A stretch of 64,000 nt of DNA. Origin: Klebsormidium nitens. Its lineage: Eukaryota > Plantae > Klebsormidiophyceae. This document shows positions 36,709-48,639 of this stretch, one piece after another; the first letter of the stretch is position 1, and the number at the start of each line of letters is the position of its first letter. Where the stretch lies: contig DF237316.1 of assembly GCA_000708835.1 (NCBI GenBank), positions 1 through 64,000 on the forward strand. The letters are read 5' to 3'. A program made the translations under genes and the position numbers. The notes under the pieces are model-generated. The model worked only from the letters and a program-made list of their open reading frames with translations. It was not told the DNA's origin and did no database searches.

Positions 36709-37185
36709 CTAGCCTCTCGCGCTGGCTGCGAGCCGGTTGTTGGCCTTACACTTGGCGGGGTTCGCCAGGAGGTCGAGCATGAGGTCATCGGCCGTGAGGT
36801 ATCTCAGTTCGGCGATTTGTGCTTCCATCGAAATCTCATGCTGCGTGCGCACTTTGTCGCATGCTTTCCTGCTCTTGCTATGTTGCTCCGAACGTTTTAG
36901 AACAGACCCCCAGTCTACCAACAGATTGTAGGGGTTTTTGCACCGGTGCACGACTATCTCCGCCTTTTGAAGACCACGGCAAACTGCATTGACCATGTCA
37001 CACATCGAGAATGGTGGGAGGGTCCCTCGAATTCCCGAAATCTCCCCCAACGGCAGTACCATGCCGTGCGTGTGCTCCGTTTCGAAAGTCCGTTTAATGC
37101 GGCTGATAGATTTATCAAGACACTCCTGGTAAAACTGTCGGATCTGATTCTTCGTTTTGTTGTGGGCTGCCAATATATCCTGCAT
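36709..37185 (-). CDS. Hypothetical protein (158 aa), possibly related to small conserved giant-virus (NCLDV) proteins
   Basis: Intronless ATG ORF. The pattern FYQECLDKSISRIK...LPPFSM...VCRGLQ...VV...LLVDW recalls an NCLDV hypothetical family; this is from memory and not verified. Confidence 0.45.
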   Translation of the reverse strand: MQDILAAHNKTKNQIRQFYQECLDKSISRIKRTFETEHTHGMVLPLGEISGIRGTLPPFSMCDMVNAVCRGLQKAEIVVHRCKNPYNLLVDWGSVLKRSEQHSKSRKACDKVRTQHEISMEAQIAELRYLTADDLMLDLLANPAKCKANNRLAASARG

Positions 37186-37771
37186 GTTACTCGTCTTAGA
37201 TAGATGTATGAAAATTACAACTCGCTAAACCGTAATCACCTTCAGCACGTTTAGGTTGTTCAGACATTTGCGCAAAATATTTCCACGTAGCAAAGAGTCA
37301 AATCTGCCACAAAGCAAGGGGGGTATGAGCCATGAAAACGTTTGACAGTGGAGAGTCAAAACTTGCAAATCTTACTTTAGTATATAAGCTATTATCGAGT
37401 GCAAATTTTGACTGATCCGTTCGGCACCATGTAAATCTAAACGGCTCTACTCCAAGCACGGCAGGAGCTTCGTTCAGGCAAGACGGCAACCTCCTTTTAA
37501 AATTTGGGCAAAGGCAGCAGCCTTCTTTAGGACGTTCAGGTTCGTGCGCAAACCATTTTCACGTGGCGAGGGGTCTACGAAAAGACGGCGCCGGTCTCGA
37601 ACGTTTGGCGGCAGCGGCAACTTGCTCTATCAGAATGTTCAGGTTTGTGCGCAGACTATTACCACGTGGCGGAAAAAAAGGGGCCAGTTCAAAACGCATG
37701 CGACATACGTCCATGTTGCGGAAACCTTGAATATTTCCCTTGAATATTTCTGTTGACGAAGGTGCCTTGCC

Positions 37772-37978
37772 ATGAAATCTGTCACCAAGGCAAAGCAGAC
37801 AAAAACCCTTGCACCACTGGCGAAACGCGAGAAGAGTGCGCTGGTCGAAGAGGCTTCGAGGCGATATCAAGAAATGCTCGAATCCGGAGAAGATGAGGAA
37901 TTCAACGTTCTTGTGAAGGAGCATGAAGCGCAGAAAGCCCTTGGCCGGAGAGTCGAGAGTGCCAGGGGGCCGGTCTAG
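37772..37978 (+). CDS. Small charged helical hypothetical protein (68 aa)
   Basis: ATG ORF with protein-like Lys/Glu-rich composition; no recognisable motif. Confidence 0.25.
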   Translation: MKSVTKAKQTKTLAPLAKREKSALVEEASRRYQEMLESGEDEEFNVLVKEHEAQKALGRRVESARGPV

Positions 37979-38350
37979 AACGGCGATAGCCATCTTTGGG
38001 CAAGACGGTCGCCTCGTTCAGATGACGTTCAGATTTGTGCGCAAACAGTTGGCAAGAGAGTCGAGAGCGGGCGGCAGGCTCGTTCAGGATGTTCATGATT
38101 GTGCGCAAATATTTCAACGTGGCGGAACAAAGATGTGCACATAGAAGATCGTGTTCAGGATGTTTAGATATTTGGACAAACATTTTTCAGATGCGATGGA
38201 ACGTTGCAAATTCATGTCGATAGTGAATGACGTGCAAAACAGTAGATGGATATTTACAAGTCGATTTTTGTTGTCGGAAGTTGGACACCTGTCTCCAATC
38301 TATATACAAAGCTGCATCCTCTTAACACTACCTAAAGATCAACTAACGGT

Positions 38351-41300
38351 CTAACTACGTGCATAGACGCTCTTGACCCCCGGATAATACAGCTCCCTCT
38401 TTCCGAAAACGTTGACGGCCTTCCCGCTTCGCTTCAACCCCTTCCCCTCCATGCGCTTCTTCAACGCCTCGGGTTTGATTTCCTCATGCGAGAATTTGTT
38501 GTAGTCGTCGACGAAGTCATGCTCGAGAGTCTCCAGGCCGGTTCCCCGCAGGCAGTGCTTTAGAAAACGCTGCAGCATGTCGCAGTCTTCGAAATAGGCC
38601 CGCGTCGCCTCGACGACCTCCGGCGGAGTCTCGCCGAGGCCCTCATTGTAATACGCAACGGACTCGCGGGCGAGGAGGGAGAGCAACTGCTCTAGGACGT
38701 CGGGGGCTAGCATGCTTTCCTTCAGGCCGGTGTTTGCAAGCCGGTGGTCGGGATTCGATGGGTCGAATCTGTCGGCCGTCACGTAGCTGTTCGGGAATCT
38801 AAAGACTTCGATACGCCTGCGGAAGTTGTCGGCTTTTGGATTGGTCCCCGGGGGCAGCAGGGGGGGGTTGTTGGTCTGGATGAAGGGCATGTGGGTCAGC
38901 GGGAACTCCACGTTTTTGCCGTAGAGGTCTCGGGCGACGATGTCGCCCCCTCCGCACGTCGATAGAACGAGGGCCGCATCCACACACTGAGCTTCGTCCG
39001 TCTCGTCAGATATGACCATGCGCTTGTCCTTCAAGGCGAAGAGGTAGTGGGTTGGCGAGCCCTTCGAGGCAGGCCGCTGTCCAGGGGTTTTGACGACCGC
39101 GTCCGTGGACATGGTGCCGTAGTAGGGGCCAAAGGCGGCCTTGATCATCTCCTTCCACACCCCCTTCCCATCCCTGCAACGCATTACGAATCTTTGACTA
39201 CCTTCTTTTTCGATTAAATCTGATTTTGTAAAGAAGAAGGACATTGAACATCCATATTGCATAGGAAGTGAAGGCCACTAACAGAACTGCACAACGGTCC
39301 TCTCCTTGTCTCCTGTAAATACTCTGCGCATAAGTCCAAACATCCTGAAGGGCCATTGACAGGACTCCACAACGGTTATTTTTCTCGGCTCCTGGAAATA
39401 CTTTGCACACAAGCTCAAACATCCTGAACAACCTCAGGCTGGCTCACCTCCGAGCCCGATGAGAAAGAAGATCTTCTCCTCGCGCGTCATGCCATTTGCT
39501 GCGTAAGCAAACACGCGCAGATACCGCTGGATGAGCGGCTTGTTGGCGTTGAAGATGTCCTCCAAGAACTCCACGGGGGCCGGCGAGGCATGCTCCAGTC
39601 CCTGCCAAAACGGTGGTAAAAACTTAGAAAGTCGACACCCACTTGAATGATCGTGGAACGTTTGCAATGAAGGGGGGGGGGGGAGGTTGAGTTAATGGGA
39701 AGAGAAGCGAGGAGCTCACCATGTAGCGCAGATCGATCATGCGAGTGCACATGTGCTGCGGCCGGTGGGCGTCCAGAGCGCCCGTCTCCAGCTGCCAGAT
39801 GCCGTTGCGGCAGTTGATGATGTGGACGTCCTTATCCAGGAGCGCAAAGAGGTCAAGCGCATACATCTCGCCCTGCATGACCTCCATCGTGCTCTTGATA
39901 GCCGACGAGTTGTTGTAAATCTTGACGCCTTTGATGATTTCTTCCAGTCTCTGAGCCTTCTTCTTGTCCGTCTCGTCTTTCGCCTCCTTCTGCAACCGTT
40001 CGCGTACTCGATCGTACACCCTGCTGAGCTAGTGCATCATGACGAACCGGACGTATGCGCCGGTGGGATCCTCCTCGTAGCACGTCCGTTCCAGAAGTAC
40101 CACTTCTTGTAGAAGAACAGTCTGCGTAGTAGAAAAGAGAGACTATATATGCCCGCCGGTGTATCAGAAAGTTTGGCCAAAAAAAATGAACGTAATAAAC
40201 ATGCCTTTCAAAAATATACAGCCGTTTGGATGTTGGCATCAGTTTGCAGCCCAGATTCGACGGCAACCAGCGTCTCAGATACTCTACGCAGAAGCTTTAA
40301 CAACATAAACATGTCGGACCTGCGCACGTACCTGCCGCAGGATGAGTACATCTGGCTGGCAATATGGCTTCCGCCCATGTCCCCCTGGAACGCCCAATGA
40401 TCCACGAAGCGCTTATCCAGGGTCTTATAGACGCTCTCGTCGTCGGCGGAAACGGGGGCCACCTCCCCGCCGAGCATTGCCTCGTACCGGGTAAGCATCC
40501 CGATCTGCTTGAGGGGGCGGATTTCGCAGCACTCGCTGCTGCTGCAGCAGTACAGCAGCGCCCGGCCGCGGACGAGGACGGAGAAGTTGTTCGAGCTGTG
40601 TTGCTGCCCGTACGGGCATTTGCGCTCTCCGTGTGCCCTGTAGACGTACATGTCGCCGGCTGGGTACTTCTTCAGCCTGTCGAAGGTGGATCTGGTATCC
40701 CCTGCTTTTGCGAGGCACACTCGAATCCGCTCCAGAACGGCCGGTTCGGCGTTGCCATCCCTCTCGGTCGGGTCCGGTTCGGCCGTCGGACCCCAGAAGG
40801 GCTCGTGTTTGACGGAGTCCCTGAAATACACACGAGCGTTGAACGGTCGGCGGCAGCTTGAACTATCATGAACGGTTGCACACCTCATACGTCTCTGCGT
40901 TCAAGTGTTCAAGAAATGGCACAAAATATTCTCAACCTCTACAGAAGTGGTACAACGGATGCATCTACTGGGAGGATTCGAAGAGCGCCATGGCATCCCA
41001 GAACAAGCCTCACCTGGCGGCAGCCCCCTCGCCGTTGATGACCGCGATCAGCCAATCGGGCATTGCCTTCAGGTTGGACCGGTCCTTCAGGATCTCTTGG
41101 ATCCACTCATACCGCCGCTCCTCGCCGTCTAGGGCTCTGTAGCAGCTCGGATCGCAGTATATGAGCCCTCCGTCTCCCCGGGTGTCGATTCCCACCTGTT
41201 TTTCTCCACGTGAGACCTTGCCGATTGCCGCCGCTGATCAGACCCGCTTGCGTCGAGGCCGCAAGGGAGAAAAACAGGTGCAGGCCACCCCTTCCCGTTC

Positions 41301-44220
41301 GCTCGCAAGGGGTGTCGTCGGGCAAACTGTCGTTCTCTTCCACCATCTGTCCGAAGGCGACATCTCCGCCACCGGACAAATCGATGTCGACCACGTAGCG
41401 ATCCGATTCCGACCCGGTCATGATTGCTAATGATTTGCGCCCCTGTTTCACGTGCTTCTGCAAGCAGTTGTCCAGACGACACTCCTTCCAGCCGTCGGTG
41501 AAATTTCGCGGCTTTTTGACGCCGTCCTTGTTGACGAAGAGGTCCAAAGTGCACGCAGGGATTGCGAGGCTGTGAAAGTGGCGTGCTGCAGCGACGCATT
41601 TGTCTACGGCTGGCTCCGTTGCCTCTGCTGTCGCCTCCTGCAAAAGCCGGAGACCGATATTACTTTGCCCGAATTCTTGAACATCCTAAACATGCATACG
41701 GCGAAGGCTACCAGACTGGGCACGCATCCAGGTGTTTAAGTTTTCGCCGAAACTATTATGGGATCCTAGCTCAGAGGGCCTACCTCCGACCCGTCGTCAG
41801 TGGCTTCCTCAGTTGCCTCCGGCCGTGGCTCAAGTAGTCCGATCTCCATGCCAGCGTGAGCTGCTGCCCCTGCCGCCACCTGGAAAAGCTGGAGACCAAT
41901 AAAAGTTTGGGCGAATCCATATACATTTTGAACATACGTACGGTGAAGGCCAAGGCTACCAGACTTGGCACGCCTCCAGATGTTTTTGATGTTCATGCTT
42001 TTGCCCAAATTATTATGAGATCCAAGGTCAGTAGGTAGGCTGCCTCTGCTACCGCCACCTGGAAAAGCCGGGGACTGAGATTACTTTGCGCAAATTCCTG
42101 AACACTCTGAAAAAGGACAAGGAAGGCTACTCGGCAACGCATCCGGATGTTTGTGATGTTCATGCTTTTGCCCAAACCGAGGTCAGCCGACCTACCTCCG
42201 ACCTGTCGGGAGTGGCTACCTCAGTTGCCTCCGGCCGTGGCTCTTGATCGATCTCCATACCAGCCTGTGCTGCTTCCCCTGCAGCCGCCACCTGGAAAAG
42301 CCGGAGTCCGGGTTTACTTTGTGCGAATTCCTGAATACTCTAAACGGGACGAGGAAGGCGACTTCGAACGCATCTGGATGTTTACGATGTTTATGCTTTT
42401 GCCCGAAGTATTATGGGATCCTAGATTAGTAGACGTACCTGCGACCTGTCGCGAGTGGCTTCCTCAATTGGCTCCGGCCGTGGGTTTGCTTCGATCTCCA
42501 TACCAGCCTGTACTGCCGCCTCTGCTGCCGCCTCCTAAAAGATGCCGGAGGCCGAGAAAGGCTTGCGCAAATCCATAAACACTAAGATGCTATTAGACTC
42601 GGCAACGCATCGGAATGTTTATGATGTTTATGCTTTTGCCCAAAACTATCACCAGATCCAAGCTCAGTCGACATACCTCTGGATCGTCGCAAGTGGCTTC
42701 CTCGGCTGGCTCCATCCGTGGTTATTGTTTGACACCTTCGCACCATTTGGCAACAGTGGATGCGGTCTTCCACGTGTTCAAGATGTTTGGACTTTTGGAC
42801 AAACTATTTTCATGTGAGCGAAGGAGAAGGGGCAGGCTTTTGATGGAATCTGTCACGGGGGTGCCCCCTCTGGATATTTGATGTCCTTCTTTTCTATATG
42901 ATCATCTTTTTTATTAATAGGAAAAGAAAGACATTAAACATCCATAGTGTTATTGGATCGGAAGGCCATTGACAGAACTCTGGTTCTCTCCTTGGCTCTT
43001 TGAAAGAGTTTGTCCAAAAGCTTAAACACCTTGAACATGAAATCGAGAGGTTTTCTCTCGCCTAAAGTCTTTATGGGTTCCAGAGTGAAAGACCTACCCC
43101 CGAGTTGCAAATGGCTTCCACAGTCGCCGGCTCTTGCGGCATGGTGCCCACTGCCGCTGCCTCCTGGATCAGCCAGAGACCGAGATTAGTTTGCGCAAAT
43201 TCAAACATCCTAAACATAAAGCCTCGGCGGCTGCCGCTGATGTTCATGCTTGTGCGCAAACTGTATATGGGATATTGAATCATATACCAACCTCTGGATC
43301 GTCGCAAGAGGCTTCCTTGGCTGGCTCCGGCCGTGGCTCTTGTTGGATCTCTATACCGGCATGTACTGCTGCCGCCACCTGAAAGAGCCAGAGACTGAGA
43401 GAAGTTTGCGCAATTCCATAAACGTCCTGAACAAGACAAGGCATGCTACCAGGCTGGGCACGCATCTCGATGTTTATGCCGTTTATGCTTTTGCCCAAAA
43501 CTATCACGGGATCCAAGCTCAGTCGACATACCTCTGGATCGTCGCAAGTGGCTTCCTCGGCTGGCTCCGGCCGTGGCTCTTGATCGATCTCCATACTAGC
43601 ATGTACTGCTGCCTCTGCTGTTGCCTCCTGCAAAGTCGAAGACCGAGAGAAGTTTGCGCGAATTCCTGAACACGCTGAACAGGACGAAAAAGGCAACTCG
43701 GCACGCATTCGGATGTCTATGATTTTTTACTTTTGCCCAAAACTATCACGGGATCGAAGTCTGTAAACCTACCTCTCGATCGTTGCAAGTTGCTTTCACA
43801 AGTGACCCCCGGCCTTGCTCATCTTCCATCTCTGCCGGCGGTTGGTGAAAGTTGTCCACCCTCGTGTCCAGCTCCATATCAGTTGCCACTGTCGCTGCCA
43901 CCTGGAAAGTTTTCCAAGAATAGTTTGCGCTAGTTCCTGAACATCTGAACACTGGATGGAAGATTTCTACTGATGTGCATGCATCTTGTGGTGTTCAAGC
44001 TTTTGTCGAAACCTTGTCACAGTGCTAGTGAACTCACCACTTTGCAGGCGGGTTTTGGCCGCTTGCCTTTTTTTGGCATCCTCGTCTTCGTGCGCTTTGT
44101 GCTTTCGTTACTGAGCATGACAGCCTCCAAACTAGTGCTCATGCTACTTACGTATTCCGGAGAAGTTGGCGAGTACAGTGTCTCAGCTCCTGGAGCCATT
44201 TCTGGACTGTGGTTTTCCAT
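38351..44220 (-). pseudogene. Second prim-pol/D5 helicase gene, intron-containing, with an N-terminal array of acidic repeat exons (copy A)
   Basis: First exon 44220-44038, then repeat exons, then prim-pol (LAIMTG...YVVDID...TGRGGLHLFF...IDTRGDGG). Further motifs: CPYGQQHSSNNF, D5_N (LDKDVHIINCRNGIWQLETG), and helicase (DGKGVW, MVISDE, QTNNPP). GT-AG introns lie at about 41000-40832, 40330-40120, 39720-39605 and 39447-39177. There is a frameshift near 41210 and a TAG near 40030; the frame at the last junction is unresolved. Confidence 0.78.
41620..43960 (-). repeat. Tandem array of ~9-10 degenerate exon+intron units (~200-250 bp each), block A
   Basis: On the minus strand each unit reads ttttccag/tgcag | VAAEAAVHAGMEIDQEPRPEATEEATCxxxE | gtaggt/gtatgt/gtacgt. 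Confidence 0.85.
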
Positions 44221-45025
44221 CTCAAAAGGCGGGGTTTCAATGCTAAGAATCGATGTACAACCGTGCTGTATGTTGGAGGGAGCAATGCCGACTACCTTGC
44301 ATCCGCTTGTGCTTTCGCCACTGTTTGGAAGCGCTTGCTAAGCTTTTACAGTCGTGTATCTTGTGCCGATCACTCATAAGCCCTCTTTGAACCTTGCAGC
44401 TTTTAGCAAGACTTTGAACACGAATTGAAACCTTTGCACGAACGTTTGCGCACGGTGGCCATCGACGGCCGTCGCTGCACGATCGGGAAAAGTTTGGTCC
44501 AGACCTTGAACAGTCTGAACATGCTCGATGAAGCCCCAAGATAGCCTAGCCTAGTTCCCTCCGGCGCTACAAATTTGGGTGATGCGGCGGGCGTCGCCGA
44601 TCGGTTGAGCCTAACGTTCGACTTCATATGGTTTGGCCGCATATTCGGGAGGTGGGCGAGTCCTTGGGCCCTGGGGCGCCTATCGAGGGTTTGAAAATAA
44701 GGTCGGTCAACGTGGCAAGGCATTATCGCATACTGTTAGGTCTATGACATTGGCGGGCTGTCAAGCCCAGCAGGAGACGTGTCATCTGTAGTACTTTGAT
44801 CCGGAAAGCAGTACTGATGGGCGTGGCTATGAAGGCTGGTCAAAATACTCATAATGATCAGCCTTCGTTGAAGGGCAAACCATATGCAACCACGTAAAGA
44901 AAAGCAATGAAAATCCACGTACTATCTTCTAGTAGGGGCCATCAGAGTTCAGAACTTCAGCATTCAAACTAAACACAGCAACAAACGTTTGGCTTGCTCT
45001 CAAACGCCACGAATTTCCTTCAAGA

Positions 45026-48000
45026 ATGGCGGAGGTTACCGAAAACCATCTGAGAGTAAAGCTGCATGCTCTGCAGATTCTGTCCGGACAGGAAGGTGCA
45101 AGCCTACTGCTTACGGAACTGGGGGTAGCCATAAAAACACAGATGGGACATACAGTGAAGGGAAAATTGAAAAAGATTCTAGCACTGTTCCCTGCTGATT
45201 TCTGGATTGATGCTCAAGACAAAGTAGTCCTGCTCAACAACCAGAGATCCTCAGGAAGGCCTATAGTGCCCCTCGAACAGGACGTTCTCCGTGCAAACCC
45301 CTCAAGATGCCCCTCTAACTTCCTTCCCACTGTCACAGTCCAAAAGAAGGAAGGAAAGGCTTCACAAGCAGGGGCAGTATTGCCTGCCTGGGTGGGCATC
45401 AAGCTGAATCGTGTGGCCTCCCAAAGCGGTGCATCTAACAGCAGCGCATCTGCAAGCACAAGCCAAAACTGGCTCATCAAACCAAAGGCGCCAACTCCGG
45501 TGACTGCAAACAAAGTGCCAACTCCGATGCCTGCAAATCAAACTTCAGAGACCAAGAGACTGGGAAAGCTTCCTGTGACTACGAGGCAAGCACCAATTCA
45601 TTTGACTGGACCTCAAGCACCATTTCAAGTAAACGAGACTCGAGCACCAGTTTCATCAACTAGGAATGACGAGGCACCAGTTCCAGCAACCAAGGACCAA
45701 GCATCGGTTTCAAATACAGCCGTCTGGGTACCCCAGCCACTGGTCGCTCCAGAGAGTCCCAGCCAGGTGCTTGTCATCACCGACAAGGAAGCTCTGGGTG
45801 CCGCTGTTCAAAGCATTGCACAGCATTCCACCATTGCAATCGACTGCGAAGGTTGCAACCTGAGCCGGACAGGAAGGCTGTGCCTCGTCCAAGTGGCGCT
45901 CCCCCCTCCCAAGCACTGCGTATATCTCTTTGACCTTGTCTCTATGGACTCTGACACATTAGAAGCACTGAAGCAAAGCCTCGGGACTATACTTGAGGAC
46001 AGGAGCGTCACAAAGGTGATCCATGACTGCAGGCAGGACAGCGACGCCCTCTTTCACCAGCTTGGCATCCGGCTGGATGGAGTGTTTGACACTCAGGCTA
46101 GCTACGTGGCGCTGGTTAAAGTGCTGAAGGCGCAGGCTTGCAGCACGAGCAGGTTTGTCCCCCTGCCAGGCCTAAACCAGCTGCTGAAGGAGTATACCGG
46201 GAAGGAGAACTCGGCGAAGCAAGATGGAAAGGTGCTCATGGAGAGGGTAAGTTATGCACTGCTGGCTGTTGAAAGAAGTACTCTTCAGCAACGGGGTTTG
46301 TGTTCGTGTTTGTGTTATTTGTGGCTTCCATTGGTTCTGAGCCTCAGAATGGCTGTCAACGTGTCTAGTAAGTGATAGGCAGATCAAAAGCGTTCTGTTG
46401 GGCTGACCAATGAGGAGGCATACGAACTCGAGCAGGGCTTGAAAGCGAACGTGTACCAAGCATTCTTTTTGAGCTGTAAGAACTCACCTTTCATTTGAAA
46501 AGGCAATCAGTGGAGAAGGTTCTGCCATTTGCCTTGAAAGATTGATCAAATTTCTGCAGCTCTATATCGTGAAGATCTCACCTAAGCGATCATTAGACTC
46601 CATCAGACGAGGACTTCTTGAGCTTTAAAACCTCCCTCGAATTGACCGCTGAGGTTGGAGATGGGAGCTTCCCTGCTCCCATCTTTGACCTGGAAGCTTA
46701 CAGGCAAGTCACTTCGAGATGCATTGTGAAGCCATCTAACGATAAGAACTGCTGAGGTATCACCAATAAAACCCAGAGTCGGTCCGTCCTCCTTGCAGGA
46801 CCCCTCCATCTGGGAAAAGCGCCCCCTCAGCTTCGTCCTCCTACAGTATGCGGCTCAGGACGTCATGGGTCTCTTTGCCGTCCAAGACGGTATCCTCCGA
46901 GACTCTTCGAAACTCGCCCTGGCTCAGCTGTCGCTCGCTAGTGCACAGTACGTCGGCGCGTTTCGCAACAACGGGGCGTCGGGAGCCCCTCCCAGCGGGA
47001 AGCAGAGGATGGCTTTCAATAAAACGGGCCGTCTGGTGCCCGTATCCGAGTTGACTTCTGAAGACACAGCCCCTGAGGAGAGCAACAGCACGGAAGAAGA
47101 CTTAGCGGAGCTGCTGGCTCTTCTTCCGATAGACTTCACCGCAGAGCTCGCGAGCGGGGGCCATCGACTTATGGAGATTGTGCTCGACTTTGGCAGGCGG
47201 CCTGTTGCGCGCTTCCTCGATGGTAGCCGCGCGTTTCTCGCCCCTGAGGTGGTCTCGAGAGCAGCCCTGAACTCCGCAGTTCAGCGACTGGGTGCTTTTG
47301 GGAGCGACAATCGGGCGGGCGTCCCTGGCACTCTGCATCGCATCAGCGCGCTGCGAGAGAGGGACTCAGGGGAGGTTCTTGGGCTGACCTACCGGGTGGG
47401 CCGAGCGGTTCTTGGGAGTGCCAGCATGGCGCGTGATATGCTGAAGACGGGGGGAAATATTTTGCTCCTGGGCCCTCCGATGACGGGCAAGACAACAATA
47501 ATACGAGATCTGGCGCGGCTTCTGTCGGACGACAGTTGGGTGGTGATTGTGGACACCTCGAATGAGATTGCGGGAGCAGGGCCTGTGGCGCATGCTTCGG
47601 TGGGGAACGCTCGACGGATGCAGGTGAGATGTGAATCCGACTTTCAAAAGGGAAGCATGCTTTTCAACCCGACGTTGCCGCCGCAGATTGTCGAGAATCA
47701 GGTCCAGGGAAGTATAGAGGAGTTTTGAGGGAAGTATGGGAAATTCATTTTGCTTGGATTTCTGTCTGCCTTTGTTGCTCGAGCTTGTGAAGAGATGGTA
47801 TGGGAAGCTGACAGCCCTGAACAGCCAATCCACTTTGCGTTGTCTTCACGAAGCAATTGAGGAGGTAAAGATGATTCATTTCGAACCGTTTTGACTCCCG
47901 CTTGTACCCCGTCAAGCAGTGCATTTGCCCGCTACGTTTTCCTTTTGAATTACATTCATCTTTTGTATCATTCTTTGTTTTTGGCTATTGGCGTCCTTAC

Positions 48001-48615
48001 ATATGCCCCCTACCTATTAGAAACGATCAACACGCTTAGCATACGAGTCATGGGCTTTGCAGCATTTTGCATCATGAAGTGTTGCCTCTCGCTTCTTTGT
48101 AGCCGAGCATGGCATTCTAACAAGATATGAATTGTTTGTAGGTGAAAAACTTGGAGAGCCAGTCCGCAACCATGATCGAGTGCGTTCAGAACCACGCCCC
48201 AGAGGTGATCGTTATAGACGAGATTGGACGCAAGAAGGAAGCAGAGGCTGCGCGCACAATCGCCCAGCGTGGCGTGCGCCTCATCGCGAGTGCGCATGGA
48301 AGCCTCGCCAGCCTCGTCTCCAACCCGTTCCTTTCAGAGCTGCTGGGAGGAGTGGACCTCGTGACAGTCGGCGACTCTGCTGCAAATAAGTTATACAACG
48401 GCAGAAAGAACGTCCAACAGCGGAAGCGCGAGTCCATCTTTCAGACGATCATCGAGCTCGCCCCAGAAAGGTTAAGCGAGTGGGCGATCTTCGATGACGT
48501 TGAGACGAAAGTCGATAAGATTCTTAAGGGAGAGCCCTTCGAAGCAGAGATTAGAGTTTTAGACACTCAGACGGGGACGATCATGGTAGGACGAGAGATA
48601 CGTGTTCACCAATGA
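45026..48615 (+). CDS. Fusion protein: winged-helix (LOTUS/OST-HTH-like) N-terminus, DEDDy 3'-5' exonuclease (EXD1/Egalitarian-like) and ycf45/SpoIIIAA-like AAA ATPase; exons 45026-46246, 46799-47623, 48142-48615
   Basis: ExoI IAIDCEG, ExoII IHDCRQDSDAL, FDTQ, ExoIII YAAQD; DNRAG...LHRISA...GLTYRVGRA; Walker A GPPMTGKTT; VDTSNEIAG; QNHAPEVIVIDEIG; ASAHG. Both introns are phase 0 and GT-AG, and no disablements were seen. Confidence 0.85.
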
Positions 48616-48639
48616 TTTGACCCCCGCAATTGTCTAGAT

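Noticed and set aside
41620-43960. Introner-type mobile introns
   Set aside because: The flanking exons are duplicated along with the introns, which fits tandem duplication rather than independent intron insertion.
31176-44220. Complete Polinton/Maverick or virophage
   Set aside because: No recognisable capsid, packaging ATPase, protease, protein-primed PolB or rve integrase, despite the 6-bp TSD.
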